A stretch of DNA of 64,000 nucleotides from Candidatus Thorarchaeota archaeon (GTDB lineage: Archaea > Asgardarchaeota > Thorarchaeia > Thorarchaeales > Thorarchaeaceae), in contig CAVSBO010000008.1 of assembly GCA_963726195.1 (NCBI GenBank), positions 64,001 to 128,000 on the forward strand. Reading direction: 5' to 3'. Under the pieces are notes generated by a model. The model was not told where the DNA came from and did not search any database. It saw only the letters and a list, made by a program, of their open reading frames with translations. Position numbers and translations under genes: made by a program. Shown here in pieces: positions 42,136 through 55,682 of this stretch (its first letter is position 1; the number at the start of each line of letters is the position of its first letter).

Positions 42136-42586
42136 CTAGGAATCCCATGTGATTCCAAGCATTCTCTCGGCCGTTTCCCACAACCTTCGTTGCAGGTCCA
42201 AATCATAGGACAGCTCGGACGAGCGGCTCTCTTCCTTCTTTGAGAAATACTTGCCGCTGACACCCTCGATGTCTGGCGACGATGCAAGAAGAACAGAAGT
42301 CTCTGCCCCCTTCTCTGGAGGGATTTGCATTGGACGTACCATCTTGAACATGACACTGCTTCGGGTTCCTGCGTTGCCTCCCAGATTGGTTGCAACGAAA
42401 CCCGGATGAACGACGTTGGCAGTTACACCAGTGTTCTCCAGACGGCGAGCTAGTTCGTAAGTGAACATGAGAACCATTAGCTTGGCATTCTGATACGCTG
42501 TCATTCCTTTGTAGTGCTTCGTGCTCTGAAGATTGTCGAAGTCGATCACTCCATTCTTGTGAAGTCCTGAGGTTATGTTGATAACC
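42136..42586 (-). pseudogene. Short-chain dehydrogenase/reductase, 3' half (interrupted by mobile element)
   Basis: VINITSGLH, YQNAK (YxxxK), VVHPGFVAT. Confidence 0.9.
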
Positions 42587-42588
42587 GT

Positions 42589-44627
42589 TCATTGTAAGTT
42601 GGACAAAGTTGGACATATTTCCTTTGTCCTCCCAGGAACGGCACTGGGACTCTGGACATGAATTATGTTTCGTGCAGCATTGATGTCCGCATGAATGTGT
42701 GAGTCGCAGTTTGGACAGTAGAAGTACTCTCCACCTTTCTGTTCCACCTTTGACCTGCAACTATCGACACGTATGCCTTTCTGCCTGCACACATGGCAGG
42801 TCTGGCTGGTGTAGGCGGGGTTCACTGTCCACACACTGTACGGGCTATGACCCAGTGACTCGCGCATGTACCGGACAGTGTCGATAACCTCTCCCCACAG
42901 GTTGGTGGAGAGTCTCCACGACAGGGCTCCCTGACCAGCCGGGGTCTGGTAGTTCCTCAAGTCTTCGAAGTAAACGGTCTTCACACTGTGCTCTTCGCAG
43001 AACCAAACAGTGTGCGAAGCAACCAACCGGGAAACTTCACGGTCGAGACGACGCACCTTCTGCCACACAGCATCCTGATGTCTCTCTTTTTTTAGCAAGA
43101 ACACAGGATGCGACAGCCCCGGCCGTTTCTTGTCCCAGTTGTTCCTTCTCCTGTCCACTTCGGATCTGAGCAGCGAGGCCTGTTCTCTAAGCCTCTCCCT
43201 TTTCTCCAACAGATACTCCACTCTAAGCAGCTCGTCCAGGTAATCACCATCCTCTTGAACTGAAAGGGCAACGGGGACTCTCACACCCCTATCGACACCG
43301 GCTAGTGCAGTGTACTCCTTTTCTCCTAAGACCTGCAGCAGAGTCTTTCTGTCAGGGGAAAGAAAGGGGATTTGGAGTGTGACGCGATGACCTCTCATGA
43401 GCAGGCGAGGTGGGGCACTCCTCCTCAAGGACTTCAAACTCTTCATATCGGCCTCGAGCCTCGCCACCTCTTCGGGGTCGGATTCTCTCTTCTGTCTGAG
43501 GCATGAGAGCGCGTAGGCCAAGTGCTGGACTTGAATGGTGTTCATGAGCTGTTGGTGTTGGTCCTCAAGCTTCGCTGCCCTGAACCTCAGCCTGTGTTGC
43601 ACGAGCAACTCTTCCCTCCTGCTCGACTGCCTCGGCTCTGTTACGGCCGTCTCCCGCAGCACGAGGCAGCCAGTTCAGAAATCTGAAGGTCAGAGTCTGA
43701 GTACCATATGGAGAACCGTCGCTGGGTGTGCCATCGAGTCCCGGGAGGGAGCTTGATGTGGAGGAGAACCTCATTCTCCCTATCGTTGTCGAGTGTGAAC
43801 CAGTAACCCTGTCCCACACTGTTCTCTGTCGATGCCGAGTAGTCAAGGCTCCACTTTCTGAGCTGAGGGACTGTAAAGGGATACCCCTCCTTGTGCCAGC
43901 ATTGTATCCGCTCAGCTACGAGCGAGGTCACTTCCCCGAACTCGGGCGAGTTGGCCTGCAGGTGGTCACCGACCCGCTTCCTCTGCGCAGACCTCGACCC
44001 AAGGGGCTGAGCAAGTGAGGAGAGAATGTACTCGTCAAGAGCCCTCCTGATCTGTTTCAGAGCACCCAAGGCATAGTGATATCCTGTACCGTTGTCCTTT
44101 GCACGCTCACAGGAGTCTCTCACCTTTCGTATCAGGTCAGCTGGAATGTATCTGTTCCTGAGCAAACGGAGTTGGTCGGCAAGGGAAGCATCCAGAAGAG
44201 AAACTGCAGATTCCACAAGCCTTCTTCGAGTGTGGTCAGCATGAACCGTCCTGGCAGCCTGTTCCAGTACGTCCCTATGAAGCCTTTCGAACACAAGCTG
44301 TCTGAACTCTTCGTTATGCTGGTAACAGAGGTCACGCTCCTTCCTGAGGAGCGTGTAGCCATAACCCCTGTACTTCGTCAGCTCTTCGCCCAACCTCTTT
44401 GCTCTTGCAGGGTGAGAATAGACTCGCTCAAGTGCGAGGTTGACCGCCTTCACATACCTGTCCAAGTAAGTACCTATGGTAGCCAGCCCAAGATCCCCGA
44501 CCTTTGTGCCAAAGGTCCTGCATAATGTATGCAGTCTTTCTTGGGATGATATGGATGCGTTTGAGGGGAAGGTTCTCCTACTGAAGGCCGGGTCTGGCTG
44601 CTTTCCAAGACCTTTGTGCGAGGGCAT
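42589..44627 (-). CDS. Large TnpB/Cas12f-like RuvC nuclease, ~680 aa (frameshifts near 43745 and 43590)
   Basis: AGVDRG (RuvC-I), YFEDL (RuvC-II), TSQTCHVC...CPNC, HADINAARNI (RuvC-III). Confidence 0.88.
42596..42615 (+). repeat. Tandem subterminal motif (AAGTTGGACA)x2
   Basis: Read directly from the sequence. Confidence 0.9.
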
Positions 44628-44933
44628 GTAATCTTGGGAACACAGGGTGAAGGACTCGACAAGATATCTCACGTGACCACAATTATATATGCCGCCCATT
44701 GTTGTATGCATGCTCTGCGTCCGGGGGTGGCGCTGGACGGGTCGTTTCACGGCAGTTCCTCAACATCTCTGTGTATTGCGGTCCTCTTAAGCGCCACCAA
44801 TTATATATATCATGGAAGTTTCCCAACTGAGAACTTATGCATACTATATTTGCCACTTTTGACTGTCATATCGCTTGTATAATTAGCCATATTGTCACAG
44901 CATCCTTATAAATAGCTGAGGTCCACCAGTACC

Positions 44934-47900
44934 ATGCTCAAGGGCGAGACCGATGTCAGACCAAGTGAGGTTTTGAGAGATTCATTGTCAATAGGCCTGG
45001 CCGCCATAGCCAGACTGACAAGGTGTCGCTCCAATTCCACTGTCAGGAAGTACGTCGACTCGATAGCCCAGTGCTGGTCCGATGCATCTGCCAAGCTGGA
45101 AAACGTCCTTGCCACGACACAGTACGGAGCATCTGCGATCGTGTCATCAATCGCAGCCATAGAGCACAGTCTTCGGCACTCCATCTCAAGTTCCTCTGGC
45201 AGAGCACGAAACGCTACGGAAACCGCGAATTCAAACGGGTTTACGATTGGAGACAGGGCTCTGTTGGTCCGCTTAACGGGTTTCTGAACTACCTTGGAGC
45301 AAGGCTCAGAGACCTTGCCGTTACCCGCTATTCATTTCCAACACCCCAGCACTATCAGGTGAGAGAGTACCCTGACGGCTCCAAGAAGGTTCTCGCAGCG
45401 TCCGTTGCATCCAAGTTACCCATTGACGGCTCAGTAAAGAGATACTGGAAGGCAGGATACCCAGGGACATCGAGAGCCCCGCGGGTGCTGCTAGCACACC
45501 CAACTCTTCCGGAAATGGACTTCGTGGACATGCTCCGGGGGCATCTGGTCGAGCTCTCTCGTCAGCTGTTTATCTACAACGTGCCCCGTGATGATGCCCA
45601 TAGATACATCCGACTCTTGGTTGCTCGGTTAACGCCATTCCTCGACTGGGTCTACACAGGAGGAAAGGCAGGTCGCAAGAACTTCTGTCCTGATGGTGAC
45701 AGAGAACTCAGGCACCTTGTCCTCGAAATACGGTCCACTTACGGCAGAAGAGCTGGACAGGGTCGTAGGACATCTGAGATGGCTCAGCAAGAGGGAACTC
45801 CGAGTGTCAGTATCGCTACGCTCACAGAGAAAGCCATTGGACTACTCCAGAGCACCCAAGATCCTGAGATTCGGAAGGCATGCGAGCGCATACTTGACAG
45901 TATAAACCAAGAGGTTCTCACCGAGAATGACGTGATGCGGCTCAGGGAGCACATAGTCGCTCTAATTCAACAGGAGGGCAATGACTGGCACAGGGTGCTT
46001 CTATCAGACCTGCATCACTGTTCTCTCATCGATGCTGTTCTGAGCGGCGACTCGATGCTTGAGACTGTCTCCGATAGACAGTTCTTAGCCGAGGTTCTCA
46101 ATGAAAGGTTCTGAAGACCAAGGGCAGGCTGATATTGTCCTCTTTCTGAGGAGAAAAGCGGGACTACGAGTAGTCTGGACTCCCGTGATGGTTCTGGAGA
46201 TAAAGACGAGAAGCTCCTTCGATTTTGCGCTCTACGGCCTAAGACCACGAACCAAGATTATGAACGCGTTTGTGCCAGCCCTTTGCCCTTGGAAAGTGTT
46301 CTCTTTCAGAGAAAGAGTGGGAGAGCATCGTTTCGTCAGAACCGCCGCAGAGCAACCTGCGACAGTTGGAGCTCTATGAACGAGGACTGATAGAGGAGTA
46401 CCGACGACTGGTTCCTGAGGATCACACGCTGCCGTCTCTCTGTGGAAAGGTGTCGTAGTGGTCGACAGCTTACAGACATACAAAGAGACCTTCGAAGCCT
46501 TCTCTGCTCTCACTCAGAACCTGATGCAGCTTCGTCACTTGCCATCAGGAAAAGGAAGATGGTCTTCGCTGAGCATGAAAGACCTCTTTGACAGGAGTCC
46601 GAGAGTCGCATTGCTGATGTCACCTTCCGAGGGGCCATCCCACTTGCTCAGTCGGACCACATTTCCAGACTCCATCTTGATAGAGAACCCGTTCAAGGAC
46701 AGTACCGAACACCAGCGGAATCTGACGCTCTACATACCTGTCGCATCAGTCAACATCTGGAGGAAGAGCCGCTGCATGGCACTCCAAGAACTGGCATTTG
46801 CTCAACCATATCCAAGAACTGCGCGAAAGAGACCGGGATGTTGGAGGTGTGGTCTGGCTGGATTTAACCAGCTCTCTTCCTGAAGGGTTTCGCAGACGTG
46901 CTTTCAGGCTGGAGAACACCAGGAGGAAGAAAGGGCGGCTTCTGGAACACTTGCAGCGATTCTGGATGAAGTCGATTTTCATGACATGGGGAATATGGTG
47001 CGAGAATACCTTGCAGGCAGGGCTGATGCAGACATAGCACGGGAGCTGACTGGTATCAGGCAATCACGGCAGCCCGGCTCCCGATTCATCGTCGTCATTG
47101 ATGGATGGAGCGAACTCCGCCAAATGGTCCATGGCTCTGAAAGGCAGAGACTCAGAGCCCTTGAACAGCTTCTCGTCGAGAAGATTGTCGCAAAAGAGAA
47201 CGAGGTCATATGGGTTGACAGTGGAATCCAGCACACGAAGATGAACTTGATTTACCAGAGACCATGCGTACGTCCGCTGGAGGCAGATTCGCCTCGCAGA
47301 CTTCGTCTCGGGGAGATATTATGGAACATGCCTTTGCCGCCAAAGGGATTCGGATGGCAGGCACCATGGTTTGACGATAAGAGGGTGATTATTCAGGACA
47401 CTGCCACTTCAGCACCTCTCTGGTCAACGGTAATTGATGTGCCGATGTTAAGACATTGGCCGAGGAAGTTCAGAGGTCTATCGAACAGGGAAGTGACAAT
47501 CCAGGAATATGAAGTCAGGTCCAGTCTTCTGACAGACGAAGACATGTACGGTCGGTCTGTCCGGCTTTCTTCTATCCAAGCCGATATGCAGCAGCTTTCT
47601 GAAGAGACAATCATGGACATTCAAGAGAAAGCGATGAGTCTCGCTCCGAGCCTACTCAGATCAAGAAACAGGGAAGAACAACAAGTCATACCAGACACCG
47701 AACAGTCGTCGATGACCCTGCTTTCCGTTATGGTTACATGTGCCTCGCCTCCGACCCTTAGTGATAGACTGCATCTCCAGCCCTGTCATCCTCCTCCTGA
47801 GCCCGGGCGGTCCAAGCTGAGATATGTGGACCCGGAGCGGATAACACGTGAGTGGCAGAACAGAATCCTAAAGAAGGACGAGGAAGATAGCAAGAGAAGT

Positions 47901-50058
47901 CGCATGACCCGGCGGCCTCCGCTCTATGCTGTGACCATGTCTCAGAGAATCGACTCCGACACAACTCGAAGACGTGAAGTCAGACGACTAATGCATGCGG
48001 CCGACTATCTCAAGCACCGACTCGACCCCGGCGAAGATCTGGAAGTTCTGTTCGAAGACATAGTTGCTTGCTGTCGTTCCACGCTTGAAGGCCCAAGAAA
48101 TGGCCAGTTGTATCTGAAGACTTTGTTGGAAGTCCATGACATGATTCTTGAGAACACGAGACGGCGAGGTGCATGGCTTTTGATAGAGCAAGAGAGGAAC
48201 ACCCTCGGAGATGTTCTGAGCCTTGAGAACCGTGCCGCGCTTCAACAAGCGATGTCTCGCAACCCCGAGCTGCTGACGCTATATGGCAACAATCTGTTCC
48301 TTGCTGTAATCGTTGCCATCACGAGAATCATGGATGACCCCGTTGATCTGGGGATACTCCCACTATGGAGAGCAGTTGCAGAATGGGAGCTCTATCAGAT
48401 GGGTTTCAAGCCCGCAGAGAGGCCGCCATACATGGCTCGTTCCAGATACGACTTCGCGTCAATCTATGGCAACCTGCTGTTCCGGACAAGGAACCTCGTA
48501 TCTCAGAAACAGAAATCACAGGCCGCACCGAAGAGGCCTCAGGCATATCAGTATAGAGAGGGGATACTTGTCGGTAAAGAGGGGTCGTCCTGCTGGCTCC
48601 TGTTCAAAGCGGATGATGGAAGGGTTGTATGCGGGTTGCTAGAGGACCCCGGTGGCAGGCTGGGCATAGGTTGGTATCGATGTTCTACCAATCCTGCGCA
48701 GATGTCTGAGGCTGCTGAGGACACTCTTCACGGGAGCAACGACGACATTCAGATGCACTTGGCCGTGACCACCGTGGGCAAATCCGAGATACTCTGGCAG
48801 CGGCACGAAGAAGGCACCGGTGGCTGGATGCTTCTGGGACGACTTGAGTATCAGATTAACGAACGAGAGGGAGTCGCAACCATACCGTGGCTGAAGACAT
48901 CAGAACCGGATTTGAAGACCTCGCTAGGCCTATCTGAGAGCATGCCCGTAGGTGTACCATCCTCAGAGTCAACGTCGCGGCTACTAACCCCTCTCAAGAA
49001 AATAGCAGAGTGGAATGTCGAAGTCAAGAGTGTGAAGTGTGAGGTCTCATTGGACACTAGGAAAAGAGCGTATGTCATTACATTTCGCAATCCTGAACTG
49101 CCCAGCCAGTGAAGTCTACGAGAGTTTTGAGAGCGCAGACACCCTTGAAATCGTGTCCGTACTGAGGTCGCCCGTGACAGGAAAACAACAGGTGATCACA
49201 AAGGAAGGAGCAGTCCTCACTTGGGACCATCTGAAGGATATCGACTATGGGGTCGCAACAGTTCCAACTCGAGATGGTGAGGCAGATATCAGCCTGTCAT
49301 TCCTCAGACCTCTTGTCCATCGCAGTCGGTTCTTTGCCGGAGATTATGTGGTTCCATACAATGCGACTCAGCTGTTCACTCTTAGAGAGGGACCGCCTGT
49401 GACGATCAGAGTCCTCCCGTGGGACAGAAAACAAAGTGACTATGACCTCAGACGACTCAGGGTCACCATTGATGGACTCAACGAGGACTCTGGCTTGAAG
49501 GGTCTCGAGGATAGAATGATGAAAGTCCGGGATGTCGCTCTGCTGACGGACTGCGAGCACTCATCGATGTCAGGTCAGGTCTGGTACATCCCGTACGAGT
49601 TAACGTCAGAAAGGTGGTCGGGCTTAAGTCTCCTGAGGACATATCAGATTCCCGACTTGTGGAGCTGACTTTCGGAGTTGGAGGAGGAGAGCCATGATTC
49701 AGATGAGGAGTCAGAGTCTTACTCAGACGAGAAGCAAGAGAAGAGTTCCAAAGCGGAACAACGTCAAATGGTCTTCGTGTCAGCCAATGTAATCGTTGGC
49801 AGGCGAATGACTGTCATAGAGTATCATGTAGACGTGACGTTGGCTCCGGTCGATGATACAAAAAGCGTGGAGGTGGGAGAACTCATGACAGTGAGGTGGG
49901 AGAAAGGCCGTACTGCAGCCAACTATGAGGGCTTAGCAGAAGAGATTAGTGCGAATCTCAGGAAACAGGGCGTGGTGGAAGGCGACCATGGGGAAGCCAC
50001 CCGAGACATTATGGCTCTGCTGGAGAAGGCGGGCCTGCCGGTTCTGGAGGATGAGTAA
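44934..50058 (+). CDS. Giant hypothetical protein (~1700 aa if joined) with PD-(D/E)xK nuclease motifs; multiple frameshifts
   Basis: Chain of overlapping ORFs 44934-50058; GQADIVL...VLEIKT...QLELYE; IVVIDG; acidic stretch near the C-terminus. Confidence 0.65.
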
Positions 50059-50178
50059 GAGGAAATGGTTGCAGTGCCAGATACTGTGAACCCAAGGCTG
50101 GCAGCCGCGGTTCCTCGATCACGACTTAGCCTATCCGACATTGTTACAACACGCTGCAGCATTCATCCGCCTTGGATG

Positions 50179-50207
50179 TGTCCTCCATGTCCAAGATTGT
50201 CCAACTT
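50179..50207 (-). repeat. Subterminal motifs AAGTTGGACA/ATCTTGGACA/(G)GACA
   Basis: Inverted relative to the motifs at 42596-42615. Confidence 0.85.
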
Positions 50208-50220
50208 CTAGGCAGTGGAT

Positions 50221-50629
50221 ACCCTTGAAGGGGCGCTCGATTTCAAGATCGGCAGCAGTTCGTGTGTCAGGAGAAAAGGAGCAAGGTAGTTCACTGCCAA
50301 TGATCGTCGAAACCATCGACAGTTACCTCTCGCTTGTTGAAGACAGCGCCAGCATTGTTGTCTAGAACGTCAAGTCGCTCATGACTATTCTGAAACTCTT
50401 CTGCAAAACGACGTATCTCTTGCACAGAGGAGAGGTCACAAATCATGAGTTCGAGCGCATTGTTGCCGGTTGTCTTAGCGATTTCCGCACGCGCTTGTTC
50501 GCCTCGCTCTCTGTTTCTAACAACCATAACTACATTGGCATCCATCCGAGCCAATGCTCTGGCCGTCTCTTTTCCTATCCCTGAGTTGCTGCCGGTGACT
50601 ACGCAGACCTTGTTTGTCATGAGTCCCAT
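50221..50629 (-). pseudogene. Short-chain dehydrogenase/reductase, 5' half
   Basis: VTGSNSGIG, CDLSS, NNAG, then (after an indel) VNYLAPFLLTHELLPILKSSAPSR ending at the junction. Confidence 0.9.
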
Positions 50630-50794
50630 TCTCTCTGCTCCCAGTACACTACTCGTGTTCTGTTGGTGCTTCATGAAACCAATAACACGGATTATCAGAA
50701 TCGCAACGGATTTCCTATGATTCCGTTATTGTAGTATCGATAGGGCCTTTTCCGTGCGTCGAGAGGTTGCACTCATAATTGTCACTCTAATCCA

Positions 50795-52378
<1,584 letters not shown>

Positions 52379-52379
52379 T

Positions 52380-53002
52380 ATTCACGAATCCACCATTCGG
52401 GACTAAGATACCGGTTGATGACCAGAGAATCCTTCAGCAGTTCGAACTTGCTAGGCAATGGATAGGTGGAAAGGGAGACCTTGGACGGTGACGGAGAGGA
52501 TGCATAGGAGCGTTCCTCCAGAGATTCTCTTCATTGAGAGATGTGTGAAATGGACTATTCCTGGCGCGGGAAGAGACGCCATCGTTTTAGACAGGGATTC
52601 TGGCAAACAGAAACACGACTTACGTTCGCCAATGGATTCTCCAAAACTGCGAGGTTCGCAAGCGTTCATGTGTCATAGAATGCTCCCCAAGACGGTGAAA
52701 CTAGTTTCTTTCTGTAGGTTCCCGAGAAAGAACAGGCTAGAGCATTGGCCGGCGAGTGTCCTTCCTACAAGACTTTCTTTGCAGTGGCGGAACATGTTGG
52801 AAAAGACAAAAGGGGGAATCCAGTCTTTCGAAGAGATGAACGAGGGCGCATCGTGACTGTCAGACAGGAGCGTTCCATTCAAAATGAGCGATTCAGCCAG
52901 ACGGGCACCGAGAAGTATGTGGAGGTCCCAGTACTGGATGATGATTGGCCGCTGATAGCCGAAGCATTCAGAAACGAGAAACTACAATCTAGTCGCCAGT
53001 GA
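52380..53002 (+). CDS. N6-adenine DNA methyltransferase (type I/IIB M-like), 3' fragment, error-ridden
   Basis: NPPFG-like region at ~52387, PPEILFIERCV...IVL..GIL, FFAVAEHVGKDKRGNP. Confidence 0.75.
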
Positions 53003-53009
53003 TTCAGAG

Positions 53010-54422
53010 ATGAGGACCAGCGTAGACGTATCAAAGCATATCGATGAGATGAGTTCACGACTGGACGCAGGACACTATCTCTCGGTTGGATATCGCAATG
53101 TTGGCTGTCCGCTGTCAGCCACTGCTTCTGAGTCGATTCAGGCAATAGAATCCTTCCCCGAACACACCCAGTTGAGCGAAGTCGTGAGGGGAATTGACAT
53201 ACTCCGAGATTCTCCAGAGTGTACGTTGATGAACAAAAGGGGGCCCCATTCCTTTCTGGCACAGATATTACGAGAACATACAGTCCGCGAATAAAATACC
53301 TGTCCTTGGAGGCCCACAGGAATTTGTTACCTCGGCTGACAATCCGGAAGGGAATGATTCTCGTATCATTGGCTCAGTAACTTTATAAGCCGGACAGCCT
53401 TGGTTGGCGAATACTGGAATGGTTGGACTGCAAGTCAGCATGTCCTTAGAATAAGAGTCGACGATGATTGTTTGAACGCGGGGTATCTATATGCATTCTT
53501 GTGTACCGAGTATGCACAGTCCCAGATTAGTAGAGAGATTCACGGGTCAGTTGTTGACGAAATCAATGAGGTTCAAATGGGAAATGTTCTGCTACCGATT
53601 CCTGACAAGCGGATTCAGGCCTCAATTGCAAAGCTGGCATGCGACGGAGTCGCTAGGTTGGATTATTTTCGGTCCACGACCCAGAAAGCTACTCAGACAA
53701 TATCAGCAGAAACTGGCGTGGATATGCATCTGGCTGATAGCAAATGGCACGTACTAGAGTCCAATGCGGTACGCGACCGACTTGATGCGACACACTACAT
53801 GCGAGCAGCCTTAGAGATTGAAAGGATGATGGCCAGTCAATCGTCTGAAAAGGTAGGAAGACTCGCAAGTGTCTTTCTGGCACCCAGATTCAGGCGCTTC
53901 TACGTGGATTATAGCAATGGAATTCCATTCCTCTCCGGAAAGAGCATATTGCAGGTATTTCCGACGCCACTGCAGTACCTTTCACGTGACTTGCATGCTG
54001 ACCTCATTCCTCTTCTAGAAGTCAAAAAGGGAACCATTCTGGTCACATGTTCTGGGACAGTCGGGAATATCGGAATGGTATGGAATCAATGGAATGGATG
54101 GGCTGCCTCTCAGCACATTCTGCGGGTAACACCCTCATCCGAACATATCCATCCCGGATTCCTCTATGCATTTCTGATGAGTCCGTGTGCCCAGCTGCAG
54201 ATAGCGAAGCAAGTTCACGGCTCGGTCATCGATGAGATTACAGACTACCAGCTGGGCGAGCTTCTTGTGCCCCTGATTCAGTGGGAGAAACAGAAGGAGA
54301 TTGGGGAAAAAATACATCTGGCGCTGGATGCGCTCGACGAGGCGCGTTCTCTGATTTCCGCAGCAGTGGATGGCGCCGCCTCGGGGATTATGGAGGCCGT
54401 TCGGCCTCTCCAATCATTATGA
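53010..54422 (+). CDS. Restriction-modification specificity (HsdS-like) subunit (frameshifts in 5' part)
   Basis: RLDAxHY twice, GIPFLSG, ILVTCSGTVGN, GFLYAFL, HGSVIDEI. Confidence 0.82.
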
Positions 54423-54707
54423 TGGTATGATGATTTCGGCTTCACAAGAATCAGGTTGCAACCAGAGGCCGATCGAAGATGACGGTCTCATGAGGGGGCC
54501 CCTGAGATGTGTTAGGCATGGCGAGAAGAAATCTCGTTACATCGACTTCTGCTTTGACTCTTCTCACTAATGGTAAGACGTGCAAATCCAAGGATGGCCC
54601 TTGCCGAAGGCACATACCTTATAAACGAATTGTGCCCAACGTTGGGCGGATGTCAAACGTTCAACATAACCGGTGCGTTTGACAACTGTTGTTTAGAGGC
54701 TAAGTCA

Positions 54708-55615
54708 ATGTCCACAAATTACGGTACAGTCTTCGACGACCTGAAGTCAAGCTTCGGGCTGGCAAAGCACAACATACTGAGTTACCTTCTCGCCAACTTG
54801 GGAATGGCAATAGTCTTGATTGTTCTGCTTGTACTGGTCATGATTCCAGTTGCCATCATCGCTATGACCGCCTACGGCGTCATGGGTCCCGGCTTTGGTC
54901 CTATGATGGTTACCTGGGCAGTGCAGAATCCCCTAGTAATTGGCGGGACTGCAATCTTAGTCGTAATCCCTATCGTATCCATCTTTCTGGTGGTTGTCGG
55001 TTCAATCTATGGGATGACTAATGATCTTGTCACTACTGGAGAAACCAAAGCAGAGAACGCTTTCTCCCATCTTCGGGCCAAGTTCATCTCGTTCATCAGC
55101 GCTGGTGCCATGCTGACCATAGTAATCGTTGTCCCGCAGTTGGTAGTGTGGGGCTTGGCATCAAACATGTTTGCATACACTATGGTTGGTCTACCACAAT
55201 ACATTCTGGCTGCCTTTTCGTTTGTGTGGACCTTCATCACAGTAGGCCTGACATCGATGGTTTTTCCGGCGGTTGTTAGCGGAAAGGGCGTGCAGGAAGC
55301 CTTCCATGAGTCATTCAAGCTTGCTACGCAGCGCTTCGACCGTGTCTTCGGCCTGCTGACATCAATCGTGGTGCTAGCCGCCGCGACGCTTGCCCCAATG
55401 ATGATCTGGGGGTTGCAAGCGGATGGACCATGAATCCGTTTAGTCCAGTGCAGTTAGGAATGGTGGCAATCGTCGGAGTCTGGACTCTGTTCGTCCTTCT
55501 CATGTGGGCTCTGGTTCTCTATCCGATGGTAATCATCGCATTCGTAAGAGTCTACCACGAACTCACCGACGGACAGGTTGCGCCTGCTCGCCAAGCCGAA
55601 ATACCAATCGCATGA
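54708..55615 (+). CDS. Multi-TM membrane protein (frameshift near 55425)
   Basis: Six or more TMs; AF.ESFKL....F.RVF; paralog of the next gene. Confidence 0.7.
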
Positions 55616-55682
55616 ACAGAAGAGAAACGAGAGTGCCAACCATCACGGCACTCTCAAACCATTCAATGTAGGTGATTAAGAA

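Larger units (their letters stand above)
42587..50223 (-). mobile_element. ~7.6-kb IS607-like cargo element (TnpB-like nuclease + giant unknown gene; no transposase)
   Basis: Splits the SDR gene at a shared ACC/GGT core (42584-42586 and 50221-50223). Tandem 10-bp AAGTTGGACA-type motifs point inward at both ends. Confidence 0.85.

Noticed and set aside
42596-42615. CRISPR array next to the Cas12f-like gene
   Set aside because: Only 10-bp tandem motifs with no spacers; no repeat-spacer array was seen anywhere in the window
43565-43760. Programmed frameshifting in the TnpB-like gene
   Set aside because: No obvious slippery site, and indels are equally frequent in housekeeping genes, so sequencing error is the simpler explanation
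50060-50220. Serine recombinase tnpA at the element's left end
   Set aside because: Only a ~14-codon ORF; no YARVS motif or clear HTH
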